Of a stretch of 64,000 bases of DNA, positions 44,278 through 54,360 are shown one piece after another (the first letter of the stretch is position 1; each line of letters begins with the position of its first letter). Below the pieces are notes generated by a model. That model was not told the DNA's origin. It saw only the letters and a list, made by a program, of their open reading frames with translations, and ran no database searches. The stretch covers positions 1,248,001 through 1,312,000 of the forward strand of contig OY730476.1 in NCBI GenBank assembly GCA_963422735.1, written 5' to 3'. Made by a program: the position numbers and the translations under genes. Source of the DNA: Candidatus Latescibacterota bacterium. GTDB taxonomy: Bacteria; Latescibacterota; UBA2968; UBA8231.

Positions 44278-46452
44278 ATGCCCCGACTCATAGAGAACGA
44301 TTTTCCGTATGCTTGCCTTTCTGTGATTGCAGAGGCCGAATCGTGGAGAAAAGAGGTCCACCGTCCGGTCTATTATATCCACAAGTGGTGGGCGCGTAGA
44401 TTGGGATCCGTTTTTCGGGGTATTTTGCTAGGCGCATGTCTCGACGAAGGAGAGGACTTCTGGAAACGTTTTTATGGGAAGAACGATTTTTCTAAAACTG
44501 TAATTTTTGACCCTTTCATGGGGAGCGGAGTTACCATAGGAGAAGCGATTAAGCTTGGTTGTACCGCTTTAGGCCAAGATATCAATCCAGTCGCGTATCT
44601 CGCATGTCTCGCTGCCTTCACTAAGTACGATCCGTCCGAAGTCGTCGCTACATATCAACTCCTTGAGCACACGGTCGGCCCCAAACTACTGAACTACTTC
44701 GAGACGCGTACAGAAGAAGATAGTAGGGCAACTGTACTGTACTACTTCCTCGTCAAGGTCGTGCCATGTCCACAATGCGGTGAACAGATCGATCTCTTCA
44801 AGTCTCGCATTTTCTCAAAGAACGCCGTCCCGCGCAAAGATTCTAGTGCTCGCGCCCTCTGCCCTAGTTGCGGTGCCGTTAACGCGACGCTCTACAATGC
44901 CGATTACGTGAAATGCTCGGATTGTGGCACGACGTACAACCCACAACAAGGCAACGTCAGAGGATCGAAAGTCGAATGCGACAAATGCGGCTATACATTC
45001 CGCCTTGTTGAGCGGATGAAATCAATGCGTGGTCCTCTTGGTTATCGCCGGTACGCCAAGATGATCCTCACCACGGATGGGCAAAAACGATATGCTTCTA
45101 TAAATGCTTTTGATGACGCCCTTGCAGGACACATCGCACAAGAGTTCACTTCCATCAGCTCCTCCTTCCCTCAGATTGAAATCGCGCCGGGTTACAATAC
45201 AAATCAGATTTTGAACCACAACTATCGCTTCTGGCACGAGCTGTTTTCCGATAGGCAACTCCTTTGCATCCACCACCTGCGGGAGGCCATTCGTCAGATC
45301 GACCACGCCGATCATAGGCTCCTCTTTGCCTGCCTGTTCTCTGGAGTGCTTGAGTTCAACAATCTCTTTGCATCTTTCAAGGGGGAGGGAACAGGGGCCG
45401 TTCGGCACATGTTTTCACACCATGTCCTCAAGCCCGAAGTGATGCCAATTGAAGCAAATGTCTGGGGTACGAGTAAGTCGTCTGGATCGTTTTCCACCTT
45501 GTTCCGCTCTCGAATCCTAAATGCGCTTGCCTACAAGGCTGATCCAACGGAGCTCTACGTGACACCGGGGAAGAGCACTAAAGTTGGAGGAATTAATCGG
45601 CCTCTCTCCGTTCCGGTGTCCAACGAGCTTGCCTTGAATGGGAACGATGCGGTTTACCTTACTCAAGGCGACTCCAGTCGTACCAGTATTCCAGACCGCA
45701 GTGTGGACATCGTTGTAACCGATCCCCCATTCTTCGATAATGTTCACTACTCCCAGCTCGCCGATTTTTTCTTTTACTGGCTGAACCAGCTTTTGGATTT
45801 CTCCAAAGCCGAAACGACGAAACGGGAAGACGAAGTCCAAGATACGAGTTCTGTTCTCTTCGCCAAAAAACTGACATCCGTGTTTGCCGAATGCCACCGC
45901 GTTCTCAAGCATACTGGGCTCCTCGTATTCTCCTATCACCATGCTCGACACGAAGGGTGGACATGTATCCACAGAGCTATCCGATATGCCGGATTCTCGT
46001 GCAAACAAGCTTATCCGATTAAGGCTGAGATGTCCGTTTCCACGCCTCTGAGACAGGCAAAGACGCCGATACATTTGGACTTGATACTCATCTGTGGCAA
46101 GGAAGAGAACCGTGATGCCCATCACGTCGCTAACGTCGACATTACTCATGTTCTCCGCAGTGCAGAGGACCAAATTTGCGCCCTCAAATCGGCTGATATA
46201 CCCGTCTCACTCGGAGATGCGAAGGTGATTCTTATGGGACGCTTCCTATGCGAAGCTCACCGCCTGTGGAACCTAGACAAGGAAGAGACATTCCTTGCCG
46301 ATATTGAAGGACATATTGACGACTACGTAGCTGACGTTATCAAAGTCCAAGGAGAGGTTCTATACACACAAGATCCCTCTGAGCAATTGGTCCTTTTTGA
46401 AGAGATGGCCAAGTATTTGGCCAATAGGGGAGAGTTCGGAGCACGGCGGTAA
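44278..46452 (+). CDS. Amino (probably N6-adenine) DNA methyltransferase with Zn-ribbons, DUF1156-like
   Basis: IHKWWARR, motif I DPFMGSG, four CxxC pairs, motif IV TDPPF. Confidence 0.9.
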   Translation: MPRLIENDFPYACLSVIAEAESWRKEVHRPVYYIHKWWARRLGSVFRGILLGACLDEGEDFWKRFYGKNDFSKTVIFDPFMGSGVTIGEAIKLGCTALGQDINPVAYLACLAAFTKYDPSEVVATYQLLEHTVGPKLLNYFETRTEEDSRATVLYYFLVKVVPCPQCGEQIDLFKSRIFSKNAVPRKDSSARALCPSCGAVNATLYNADYVKCSDCGTTYNPQQGNVRGSKVECDKCGYTFRLVERMKSMRGPLGYRRYAKMILTTDGQKRYASINAFDDALAGHIAQEFTSISSSFPQIEIAPGYNTNQILNHNYRFWHELFSDRQLLCIHHLREAIRQIDHADHRLLFACLFSGVLEFNNLFASFKGEGTGAVRHMFSHHVLKPEVMPIEANVWGTSKSSGSFSTLFRSRILNALAYKADPTELYVTPGKSTKVGGINRPLSVPVSNELALNGNDAVYLTQGDSSRTSIPDRSVDIVVTDPPFFDNVHYSQLADFFFYWLNQLLDFSKAETTKREDEVQDTSSVLFAKKLTSVFAECHRVLKHTGLLVFSYHHARHEGWTCIHRAIRYAGFSCKQAYPIKAEMSVSTPLRQAKTPIHLDLILICGKEENRDAHHVANVDITHVLRSAEDQICALKSADIPVSLGDAKVILMGRFLCEAHRLWNLDKEETFLADIEGHIDDYVADVIKVQGEVLYTQDPSEQLVLFEEMAKYLANRGEFGARR

Positions 46453-46557
46453 ATCGCGGTCTCAATTTTAGCACTACGCGATAAAGCTCCGTTTTATTCG
46501 CCTATTCACAGTAGTATGCTGCCGAGCAATATGCAACAGACATAAGGAGATCGCCAC

Positions 46558-48462
46558 ATGGCCGACGATTTTTACGACGACATAGTAGTAGAAAAAGACG
46601 CAATGGTCCCCATGCGCGACGGCGTCTGCTTGGCGACCGACCTGTACCTTCCCGCCCGAGATGCCCAACCCCTACCCGGCAAGTTCCCCGCTGTCTTTCA
46701 CCGCACCCCGTACGACAAAAGCGACGTGGAGCGCAACGGCAACTACGGCCGGTTTTTCGCGCAGCGCGGGTACGTGGCTGTCCATCAGGACTGCCGGGGA
46801 ACGTTCCAGTCCGAGGGCGAGGTGAACTTCCTCCTGCCCGAGGCCGAAGACGGGTACGATGCCTTGCAGTGGATCGACCAACAGCCGTGGAGCAATGGCA
46901 AAGTGGGGTCGTGGGGAACCTCGTGGTCGGGCTGGACGCAGACGGCGATGGCGGCGTTGGGGCCGACCAACCTCAAGGCCATGGTGGTCAACATGAGCGG
47001 TGCCGACGCGCATGAGTCTTCAGTGCGGCACGGCGGTGCGCTGGAGTTGCGGTTTTTGGCATGGGCGTTTTGGCATTCAGCCGCCAATACGCAGCGCGCG
47101 TTAAAAGCCGATCCAGCGGTTGATGCGGCCCTGAACTTGGGTGCGCCAGCCTTTGCCGACTGGCTCGCGCGGATGCCGATCCGCAAAGGACAGACCCAAC
47201 TCAAATTGGTGCCACCCTACCAGAGGTGGGCGCTGGACCTGCTGACGAAGGCCGACTACGACGAGTATTGGCAGCACCCTAGTTACGCACCAGCGCTTTT
47301 TTGGGACGACTTCCCGGACGTGCCGATCTTGCTCATTGGAGGTTGGTACGATTCGTACACGCGCTCGACGGGCAAAAACTACGCGGGACTGGCGGCGCAC
47401 AAACAAGGACCGGTGCGGATGCTCATGGGGCCGTGGACGCACGGGACGCAAACACTGGAGCAGAGCTTTGCCGGCGATGTGGAGTTCGACGAGGACGCGG
47501 CGCTAGACGACTTCCGCGACCTGCATCTGCGCTACTTCGATTGGGCACTCAAGGGAGCAGAAAACGGCGAAGCGAGCGCACCGCCGGTGCGGATCTTCAC
47601 CATGGGTGGCGGCGGGGGCTATCGCACCAGCAGCGGCCGGCTTTTCCACGGCGGGCATTGGCGCGACGAGGCCGAGTGGCCGTTGGCGCGGACGCAATAT
47701 ACCAAGTACTACCTGCACGGCGACGGCACCTTGTCGCTGGAAGAGCCAGCCGCAGATGGCGGCGATACAGTCTATCGCTTCGATCCGGCCAATCCGGTGC
47801 CCTCCATTGGCGGCAATGTCTCGTCGCTTTCCGAGATCGGCCCGCTGCCGCCGGGCGTGGGCACTGCGGCCAATGCGCCGTGGCGGGCGCGGGTAGAGCA
47901 ATTAATGGCACCGGGCGGGTTCGATCAGGTAGAGGGACCGGAGTTTTACGGCTGTACGCCGCCCTATCTACCGCTAGGCTCGCGGCCGGATGTGTTGGTC
48001 TTTGCCACTGAACTGCTTGCCGAGGACGTGGAGGTGACCGGGCCGATTGAGGTGAAGTTGTGGGTCTCGTCGTCAGCACCGGATACGGACTTTACCGCCA
48101 AGCTGATCGATTGCTATCCACCGAGTCGCTGGTATCCGCATGGCTACGCGCTCAACCTGACCGACAGCATCGCACGCCTGCGCTACCGCAACGGGCGCGA
48201 AAAGGGCGAGCTGCTAGTGCCGGGCGAGGTCGCCGAACTGACGATTACCCTCTATCCGACGAGCAATGTGTTTGCCGCCGGGCATCAGCTCCGCCTCGAC
48301 ATTTCCAGCTCGAACTTTCCCCGCTTTGATGTCAATCCCAACACCGGCGACCCCATCGGCCAAGAGCGACGACGCCAGGGAGCGGACAACAGAATTCACC
48401 ACAATGCGGCGCAGGCGTCGCACGTGGTGTTGCCGATTATTCCAACTAGGAGAAACGCATAA
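46558..48462 (+). CDS. CocE/NonD family hydrolase
   Basis: MRDGV.LATD, RTPY, D.RG, nucleophile G.SW.G, GGWYD, GPWTH, SSNFPRFD.N. Confidence 0.95.
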   Translation: MADDFYDDIVVEKDAMVPMRDGVCLATDLYLPARDAQPLPGKFPAVFHRTPYDKSDVERNGNYGRFFAQRGYVAVHQDCRGTFQSEGEVNFLLPEAEDGYDALQWIDQQPWSNGKVGSWGTSWSGWTQTAMAALGPTNLKAMVVNMSGADAHESSVRHGGALELRFLAWAFWHSAANTQRALKADPAVDAALNLGAPAFADWLARMPIRKGQTQLKLVPPYQRWALDLLTKADYDEYWQHPSYAPALFWDDFPDVPILLIGGWYDSYTRSTGKNYAGLAAHKQGPVRMLMGPWTHGTQTLEQSFAGDVEFDEDAALDDFRDLHLRYFDWALKGAENGEASAPPVRIFTMGGGGGYRTSSGRLFHGGHWRDEAEWPLARTQYTKYYLHGDGTLSLEEPAADGGDTVYRFDPANPVPSIGGNVSSLSEIGPLPPGVGTAANAPWRARVEQLMAPGGFDQVEGPEFYGCTPPYLPLGSRPDVLVFATELLAEDVEVTGPIEVKLWVSSSAPDTDFTAKLIDCYPPSRWYPHGYALNLTDSIARLRYRNGREKGELLVPGEVAELTITLYPTSNVFAAGHQLRLDISSSNFPRFDVNPNTGDPIGQERRRQGADNRIHHNAAQASHVVLPIIPTRRNA

Positions 48463-49625
48463 TGGAACAGTTGCAGTTGGCCCTCGTAGGCTGTGGAGGC
48501 ATGGCCGGAGCACACGTGCGCGGCTTGCAGGAATTAGCACAAGCTGGAATTGACGATATTCAGGTGGTGGCCTGTTGCGACTTGGTGGAAGCGCAGGCGC
48601 AACAGCGGGCTGGCGAGATCGCCGAATTCCAAGCACACAAGCCAGCCATCTATACCGACGTGGAGAGGATGCTCGCGCACGTGGAAGACTTGGACGCGGT
48701 GGACATCTGCGCCCTGCACTCGCAACACCACATCCTCGCCGTCGCCTGTCTAGAGGCGGGCAAGCACGTGATCATCGAAAAGCCGCTGGCGATTACCCTG
48801 CGCGCTGGCCGCAAAATACTCAATGCGGCCGTGGATAACCGCTGCCAGCTCGCCGTGGCGGAAAACTACCGCCGTTCGCCGCAGGAGCGGGCCCGATCTT
48901 GGGCGGTGGCCAGCGGGCGGATCGGCCAGCCGCGCACCTTCTACTGGCAGGAAGCGGGCTTGCGGCTGGGCAAGTGGGGCTGGCGCAACTTCAAGCGCGA
49001 CGCCGGAGCCGGTTGGATCCTCGATGGGGGCGTACATTTTGCCGATTTGTTCCGCTATCACTTGGGGACTGAGGCGCGGCAGGTGGTGGCGCGAGTACAC
49101 GGCTTTGAGCCGTATCGCTACGACGAGCCGGTCGAGCGCGAGGGGGCTTGGCCGGTGGATGTGGAGGACTGTGCGATGGCACTGATCGACTTCGATGGCG
49201 GTGCCGTGGTGCAGTGGACTTGGCAAGGTTCAGCGCCGGGACAGGACTTCAGCAAGCGCGTCCTCTACGGCAGCGAGGGCTGCATTGACTGGGAGAGCGG
49301 GCTGTGGACGCGCACAGGCGAGAACACAGCCACCGAGGCATTGGTCGAGGCGTATCAAAGCAGCCTCGCAGAGGACGAGCACGAGCGGCTGTTCCCCAAG
49401 GGCGTGGAAAATCCCATCGCAACCGAGCTGAAGGATTTCGCCGATGCGGTACGGGGGCAGGGTACGCCCGAAGTGGATGGCTTGGACGGCTATCGCTCGC
49501 AGGCGATCTGCATGGCGATCTTTGAGTCGGAGTGGTTTGACCGGCCGGTGAGCTTGGCCGAAATCGAGCGCGGCGACTTGGAGGGCTATCAGGCCGAGAT
49601 CGATCAGGCACTGGGGATTGATTAG
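48462..49625 (+). CDS. Gfo/Idh/MocA family oxidoreductase
   Basis: VGCGGMA, GKHV.IEKP, DGGVH. Confidence 0.94.
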   Translation: MEQLQLALVGCGGMAGAHVRGLQELAQAGIDDIQVVACCDLVEAQAQQRAGEIAEFQAHKPAIYTDVERMLAHVEDLDAVDICALHSQHHILAVACLEAGKHVIIEKPLAITLRAGRKILNAAVDNRCQLAVAENYRRSPQERARSWAVASGRIGQPRTFYWQEAGLRLGKWGWRNFKRDAGAGWILDGGVHFADLFRYHLGTEARQVVARVHGFEPYRYDEPVEREGAWPVDVEDCAMALIDFDGGAVVQWTWQGSAPGQDFSKRVLYGSEGCIDWESGLWTRTGENTATEALVEAYQSSLAEDEHERLFPKGVENPIATELKDFADAVRGQGTPEVDGLDGYRSQAICMAIFESEWFDRPVSLAEIERGDLEGYQAEIDQALGID

Positions 49626-50197
49626 GAGGCGAATTCTTTCTTTAAGACGGCTAGGACTCCCCAGCACTCGCCGCAACTCCAGTAGCCTGCTGGCGGTGCC
49701 CATCGGCGTTAAGTGAGCAGAGCGCGGAATCCGTTGCCGCTCTTGCAGCATACCTCCGCGCTGTTCTAAGTCCTGAATGGCGAGTGGTCGTTGGCCAAGC
49801 GCGTGGAACAACTCCGGTTCAAGCTGCACGAGGGCCGGAAGATCTTCGCCCAATCGTAGTGCCGACGTACACGGCGACTTTTCCACCCGCGATAAATCCT
49901 AGATCGTTTCCTTCCCACGCGAACTGCACTCCTTCGGGTACGCTCTCTGGGAGAAGCGGCGACACTGCACCGCAGGGTCTAACGAGGACGGACGAGTCGA
50001 TCTAGCACAGGCGACCTTGCAACCGATCTCTTCAGATGCCTCTCTGCACAGGGCATCCTCAATGGTCTCGCCTTTCTCGACAGTGCCACCGATACAGCCC
50101 AGAATCCCTCTCGCTGACGCCTCCATTTCGCCGGCTTCTGGAGTTCAAAGAGAAATCTATTTTCGACTCTTAAAAGGATTGCAACGCCAATGACCAA
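49623..50197 (-). pseudogene. NUDIX hydrolase, frameshifted
   Basis: Nudix box GGTVEKGETIEDALCREASEEIG in the 49899..50126 ORF; N- and C-terminal parts are in other frames. Boundaries approximate. Confidence 0.65.
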
Positions 50198-50219
50198 GTG
50201 AAGTTTCCACTTTCTGATG

Positions 50220-50762
50220 GTGTTGTTAGGCGCACAAAACCACCAATTAGGCGACGAATTTATGATATGTGCCATCTTGGAATAGCCCTCACTTCTTGGA
50301 TGAGAGCCGTCGTTTTTCGACACTTCCCGTCTATAAGCGCCGTCCGCGCAAAGCGCAGAAAAGAGATCGATGTATGGGACTTCGCGGGAAAAAGCAAACG
50401 AGAGGTCTTCGATTCTTTTATTTTGTTCGTCGTCGAGGACCGGTGGCGGGCCAATCATCAGCACGGTGTATTGCTCGGCTCCGCGCAGAGATTCCGCGAA
50501 ACTGACGCGAAGTATCATTGACGCCACATGAGCAGACTATGCGACTATCGCAGGAATCGGGCAGCAGCCGGGTGCATTCGTCCTCCCAGCGCAACAGAAT
50601 TCTTTGCCCGTATTGCGCCGAATACCAAGGTTGTAAGGTAACGGGTATAGTACTCGCATTGGGCATAGCACCTAGACGCCCGGCCCACCCAAAAGCCGCC
50701 TCGTCACCGGTGCCATTAACCAATGAATCGCCAATAGAGCAGATTCTTATGTCCTGTGTCAT
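50220..50762 (-). pseudogene. GDSL/SGNH hydrolase, frameshifted
   Basis: IGDSLVNG and GVND in one frame; IGPPP and DGSHP in another. Confidence 0.75.
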
Positions 50763-50791
50763 TTCGTTATCGGGCTGTACCCTCTTGAATT

Positions 50792-51808
50792 TTACCTTTT
50801 CCACCCGATAACAATACTTTGTTCAGGATCTATAGGGCGGATCTCTATATCTTGAAAGCCCGATTCTGACATCATTTGTTGAATCTCGGAGCCAGTCCAC
50901 TGTTTAGCCTCAATGTTGTTGTAAAAAACATGCAGCCCCTGGAATGCGGCTAGCAAAGGACCCGTCTTCTCTTCATTGAGGAGAAATTCCGCTGCAATAG
51001 CCACACCGCCTTCAGGTAAAGCTTCATAACATCGCTGCAGAATACACATACAGCGATCGCGTCCCCAGTCGTGTAGAACATGCGACATGAAAAATACATC
51101 AGTCTTTGGGGGATAGGCGTCTGCAAAGAAATTACCCGTTTGGAACGCGATTTTTCCCGAAGAATCCGTCTGAGCAAGACCTTCTTCTGCCCCCTGACGA
51201 TTATATTCCAAGTCGAAGACGATAGCTTCTAAGTGGGGGTAGCGTCTCGCGATGCCCACTAAATGTCCTCCTGTAGCTCCACCGAGATCGACTATCTTTC
51301 TGTACTTAGAAAAATCGAACGCTTGCGCCACACAGTCCCCCCAGAGAATGCGCAGATGATGGCGTTTGGGATAAAAAGCCATAGAAGGGCGATTCTTACC
51401 CGTTGCTTTGTCCAGCCAGCCAGCCCCTTTTTGAGGTCTATCCGCGAGAATGGCTTCTTTGATTTTAGCACCGCGCTCAGGATCGACATAACCGGCTCGC
51501 CCAAAAGCAGTATACTGATTGTAGAGTGCTTTGCCCTCCACGAGAAATTCCTCCATGTCACCAACATTTGCATAACGATCCTCATCTTTTTTCAATACGC
51601 CTATTGCTGCACAGGTTACAGCAAGAACTTCTGCAGGTCGTAACTGGATACCCATCTGTTCGGCGATCCCGGCAATGGTCTTGGGACCGTCAGCCAGTTG
51701 GGTGAATAGCCCCAGTTCAAGGGCACAAGCCAGTACATCTTGGGCTTCAGCACCAACGCTTATTTTCCAGAGTTGGTAATAAGAATTACTCTCGTTATGC
51801 AAATCCAT
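50792..51808 (-). CDS. SAM-dependent O-methyltransferase (Methyltransf_2 plus dimerisation domain)
   Basis: ELGLF, VDLGGATG, GNFF, SHVLHDW; lower GC than its neighbours. Confidence 0.9.
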   Translation of the reverse strand: MDLHNESNSYYQLWKISVGAEAQDVLACALELGLFTQLADGPKTIAGIAEQMGIQLRPAEVLAVTCAAIGVLKKDEDRYANVGDMEEFLVEGKALYNQYTAFGRAGYVDPERGAKIKEAILADRPQKGAGWLDKATGKNRPSMAFYPKRHHLRILWGDCVAQAFDFSKYRKIVDLGGATGGHLVGIARRYPHLEAIVFDLEYNRQGAEEGLAQTDSSGKIAFQTGNFFADAYPPKTDVFFMSHVLHDWGRDRCMCILQRCYEALPEGGVAIAAEFLLNEEKTGPLLAAFQGLHVFYNNIEAKQWTGSEIQQMMSESGFQDIEIRPIDPEQSIVIGWKR

Positions 51809-51931
51809 TTTTCCCTCGGCTAAAAGTGATAAAACGAAATGAAAAGCATTTTTAAACCTCCTTTGCAGAGCCGGGCAAGACCTGCTGCAAGCGCACTCAC
51901 CGAACCTTTCAGATTCGGTCGAGAAAGGTCA

Positions 51932-52798
51932 TCAAAGTGCGCCCAAGGTCTCCAGTCGCTTGCGTACTTCGGCCTGCACGGGTGCCGTCAGTTGCCGTCA
52001 ATCCTGCCCATGGCGTTGAGCGCCCACTTGGTTGGGATGGGGTTGGTCTCCACGAACAGGGCCTCGTGAATCGGCTGTAGCTTGGCACCTAACTCGCGGG
52101 CCCTGTCGTCGTCGCCGTCGATGAACGCTTGGCAGAACTCTACCATGGCCGCCGGCAAGACGTTGGCGGTCACCGAAATCGCCCCGACGGCACCGTAACT
52201 CGCCATGGTGAACGTCTGCGCGTCCTCGCCGGACAGCAGGACGAAGTCGTCGGGCACTAGTGCCTCGATCTCGGCGACGCGGTTGGGATCGCCACACGCC
52301 TCTTTGATGCCGACGATCGAATCGACAGCAGATAACCGGGCCACGGTCGCGGCCTGCATGTCGCACGCCGTGCGCGGCGGCACATTGTAGAGCACCATCG
52401 GCAGGTCCACCGCCTCGGCGATGGCGCAATAGTGCCGGTACAGGCCCTCCTGAGTTGGCTTGTTGTAGTACGGCGTCACTGACAGGCAGTAGTCGGCACC
52501 GTCGCCCTGCACCGCCCGACTCGATGGCCTCGGCAGTCGCGTTGGCACCGGTGCCTGCGACCACTGGCACGCGGCCATCCACCCGACGCACCACGGCTGC
52601 GATCACCTGTTTGTGTTCGGCATGAGTCAGCGTGGCCGATTCGCCAGTGGTGCCCACCGGCACAATGCCATGCGTCCCGGACTCTAAGTGCCAATCCACC
52701 AAGCCGTCCAGCGCCGCCCAGTCGATGGCCCCCGATGCCGTCATCGGCTTCACTAAGGCGACCAAGCAGCCCCTCAAATCATCCATTGCCTGCGACAT
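51932..52798 (-). pseudogene. dapA: 4-hydroxy-tetrahydrodipicolinate synthase, disrupted
   Basis: GTTGES, GTGANAT / PYYNKP, YNVP, IKEA, SGED, ETNPIP / C-terminal helix in three pieces; breaks near 52515 and 51990 look like short deletions. Confidence 0.85.
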
Positions 52799-52846
52799 GA
52801 TACCCCCCGAGAGATAAGAAGAATGGAATCTCAAAGTATAGCCAAT

Positions 52847-53473
52847 TCACAGGCATAATCTAAGCAGGCGGCGATGCTCCCGGAGTTTCAGAATCCCCAA
52901 ACGGATGCAAATCAATCGGCGTGAGAATCCCATAGAAACCGTATTTGATGCCCTGTCGATCTCCTTTTCCGGAGGAAAGTATTCTTCTATAAGCACCAAT
53001 AATCGACGACCAAATTCGGCGGCCTGTTCTTCAGATAGTCGTGCGCGGTTGTGATTGACTGATAGCTGGAATGTCGAACCGTATAAGCCCTCGGCCGCTT
53101 CGCGCAATGCTTGATTGAACTGGCTGACAACGTCCATTGGCATGGCCTCGGCAATTTGGTCATTCGCCGCAAGGATTTCTCGAACGCGAATCGTTCCTGC
53201 CGCTGGCACGCAACGCCATTCTTGGGAGCCTGATCCATCTTCCTCCAAATGCACGACACCTGTTTGCGCCAGCCGTTGCAAATGGTACAGCACCCGGGCA
53301 TCGGTAACGTCCAACGTCTGCGAAATTTCCGCAACCGACTTCCCTGCTCCAAGAATTTCGAGGATGCGCCAACGAAGCGGATCGGCGAGTGCGTTCGCAC
53401 GATCATCTTCGATAACGAGCACCGCGTCCTGTAAGGAGTTGGTCGGGAAGGTCAATTCACGCCATGTATTCAT
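52847..53473 (-). CDS. ArsR-type winged HTH regulator (possible frameshift near 52970)
   Basis: ALADPLRWRILEIL, S..EI...L...V.YHL..L...G.V. Confidence 0.8.
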   Translation of the reverse strand: MNTWRELTFPTNSLQDAVLVIEDDRANALADPLRWRILEILGAGKSVAEISQTLDVTDARVLYHLQRLAQTGVVHLEEDGSGSQEWRCVPAAGTIRVREILAANDQIAEAMPMDVVSQFNQALREAAEGLYGSTFQLSVNHNRARLSEEQAAEFGRRLLVLIEEYFPPEKEIDRASNTVSMGFSRRLICIRLGILKLREHRRLLRLCL

Positions 53474-53504
53474 TCAGATTCTCCAGTTGTATAATCGAGA
53501 AACC

Positions 53505-54302
53505 TCATATACCTGACAGACTACTCCGAACCATTCCTCGCAGGTGCCCCAACTGTTTTGCCACCTCGGCTGATGTGAAAGCCAGCAGGATCGCGTCGGC
53601 AAACATTCGCCAGACGACAGCCACTTCATCAAACCCGGCCTCGATCATGGCTTCGATCGCGTCCTCTGCGCTGTGTTCGTACTCAATGTCTTTCCCAGCG
53701 GCCTTCATCGCCCGCTTGTACTCCACCCTAGCATCAATCTCTTGCTGAGTAGCTACCCCTGAAGCAATCGCGTCTTGGAGATAACGCTGGCGGAAGCGCG
53801 ACGACTGCCGCCGAACACCTGCTCCCCAGTGGGGGCCGACCGCCATCGCGTCGTACAGGGCGAAGCAACCGCCCGGCCGGAGTGCGCCTGCGATCCGGGC
53901 AAAAAGTTCGGGCAGATCGGCCGGAGGAACGTGGTGAATGGTCTTTGCCGAGAACACCACGTCACACTGCCGGATATCACAACGGGTTATGTCCGCTTCC
54001 CGCACCTCAATTCGATCCGAATACGGAGTCAGTTTCCGCTGGGCGAGCGCAAGCATCTCCGGTTCGCTATCTATGCAGGTACCAGTGGCGTGGCGGAAGT
54101 GTTCCAACACGCGCACAGTCGGCTCCGCCGTGCCACAGCCGAGTTCCACAAACTCGAACGAATCATCGGGATCGAAGGGGATCAGATCCACAATCATGTC
54201 CAAGCCCTTGCTGTAGGGTGGACTTAGGATTGGCTGGAGCCGATCATACGAATCCGCGATGGTTGCGAAATAACTGCGACGTTCAGGTAATGAAGAATCC
54301 AT
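53505..54302 (-). CDS. Class I SAM-dependent methyltransferase
   Basis: VELGCGT, DSEPEML, LRPGG. Confidence 0.88.
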   Translation of the reverse strand: MDSSLPERRSYFATIADSYDRLQPILSPPYSKGLDMIVDLIPFDPDDSFEFVELGCGTAEPTVRVLEHFRHATGTCIDSEPEMLALAQRKLTPYSDRIEVREADITRCDIRQCDVVFSAKTIHHVPPADLPELFARIAGALRPGGCFALYDAMAVGPHWGAGVRRQSSRFRQRYLQDAIASGVATQQEIDARVEYKRAMKAAGKDIEYEHSAEDAIEAMIEAGFDEVAVVWRMFADAILLAFTSAEVAKQLGHLRGMVRSSLSGI

Positions 54303-54360
54303 GTTCTACTCCATCTGACGGGATTAACTCTGATTCCAGATATCGAGCCTAATCCGCCGC

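Noticed and set aside
43361-46506. Short similarities flanking the R-M island (tttagca on both sides; gaatagggcga vs tcgcctattc)
   Set aside because: Too short and imperfect to distinguish from chance.
40309-46560. tRNA-Pro as integration site for the R-M island
   Set aside because: No integrase and no duplicated tRNA 3' end found; ordinary metabolic genes lie in between.
50195-50235. GCCTAAC at the GDSL 3' end as an integron attC R'' site
   Set aside because: No matching GTTRRRY R' box or paired L boxes downstream, and no intI in the window.
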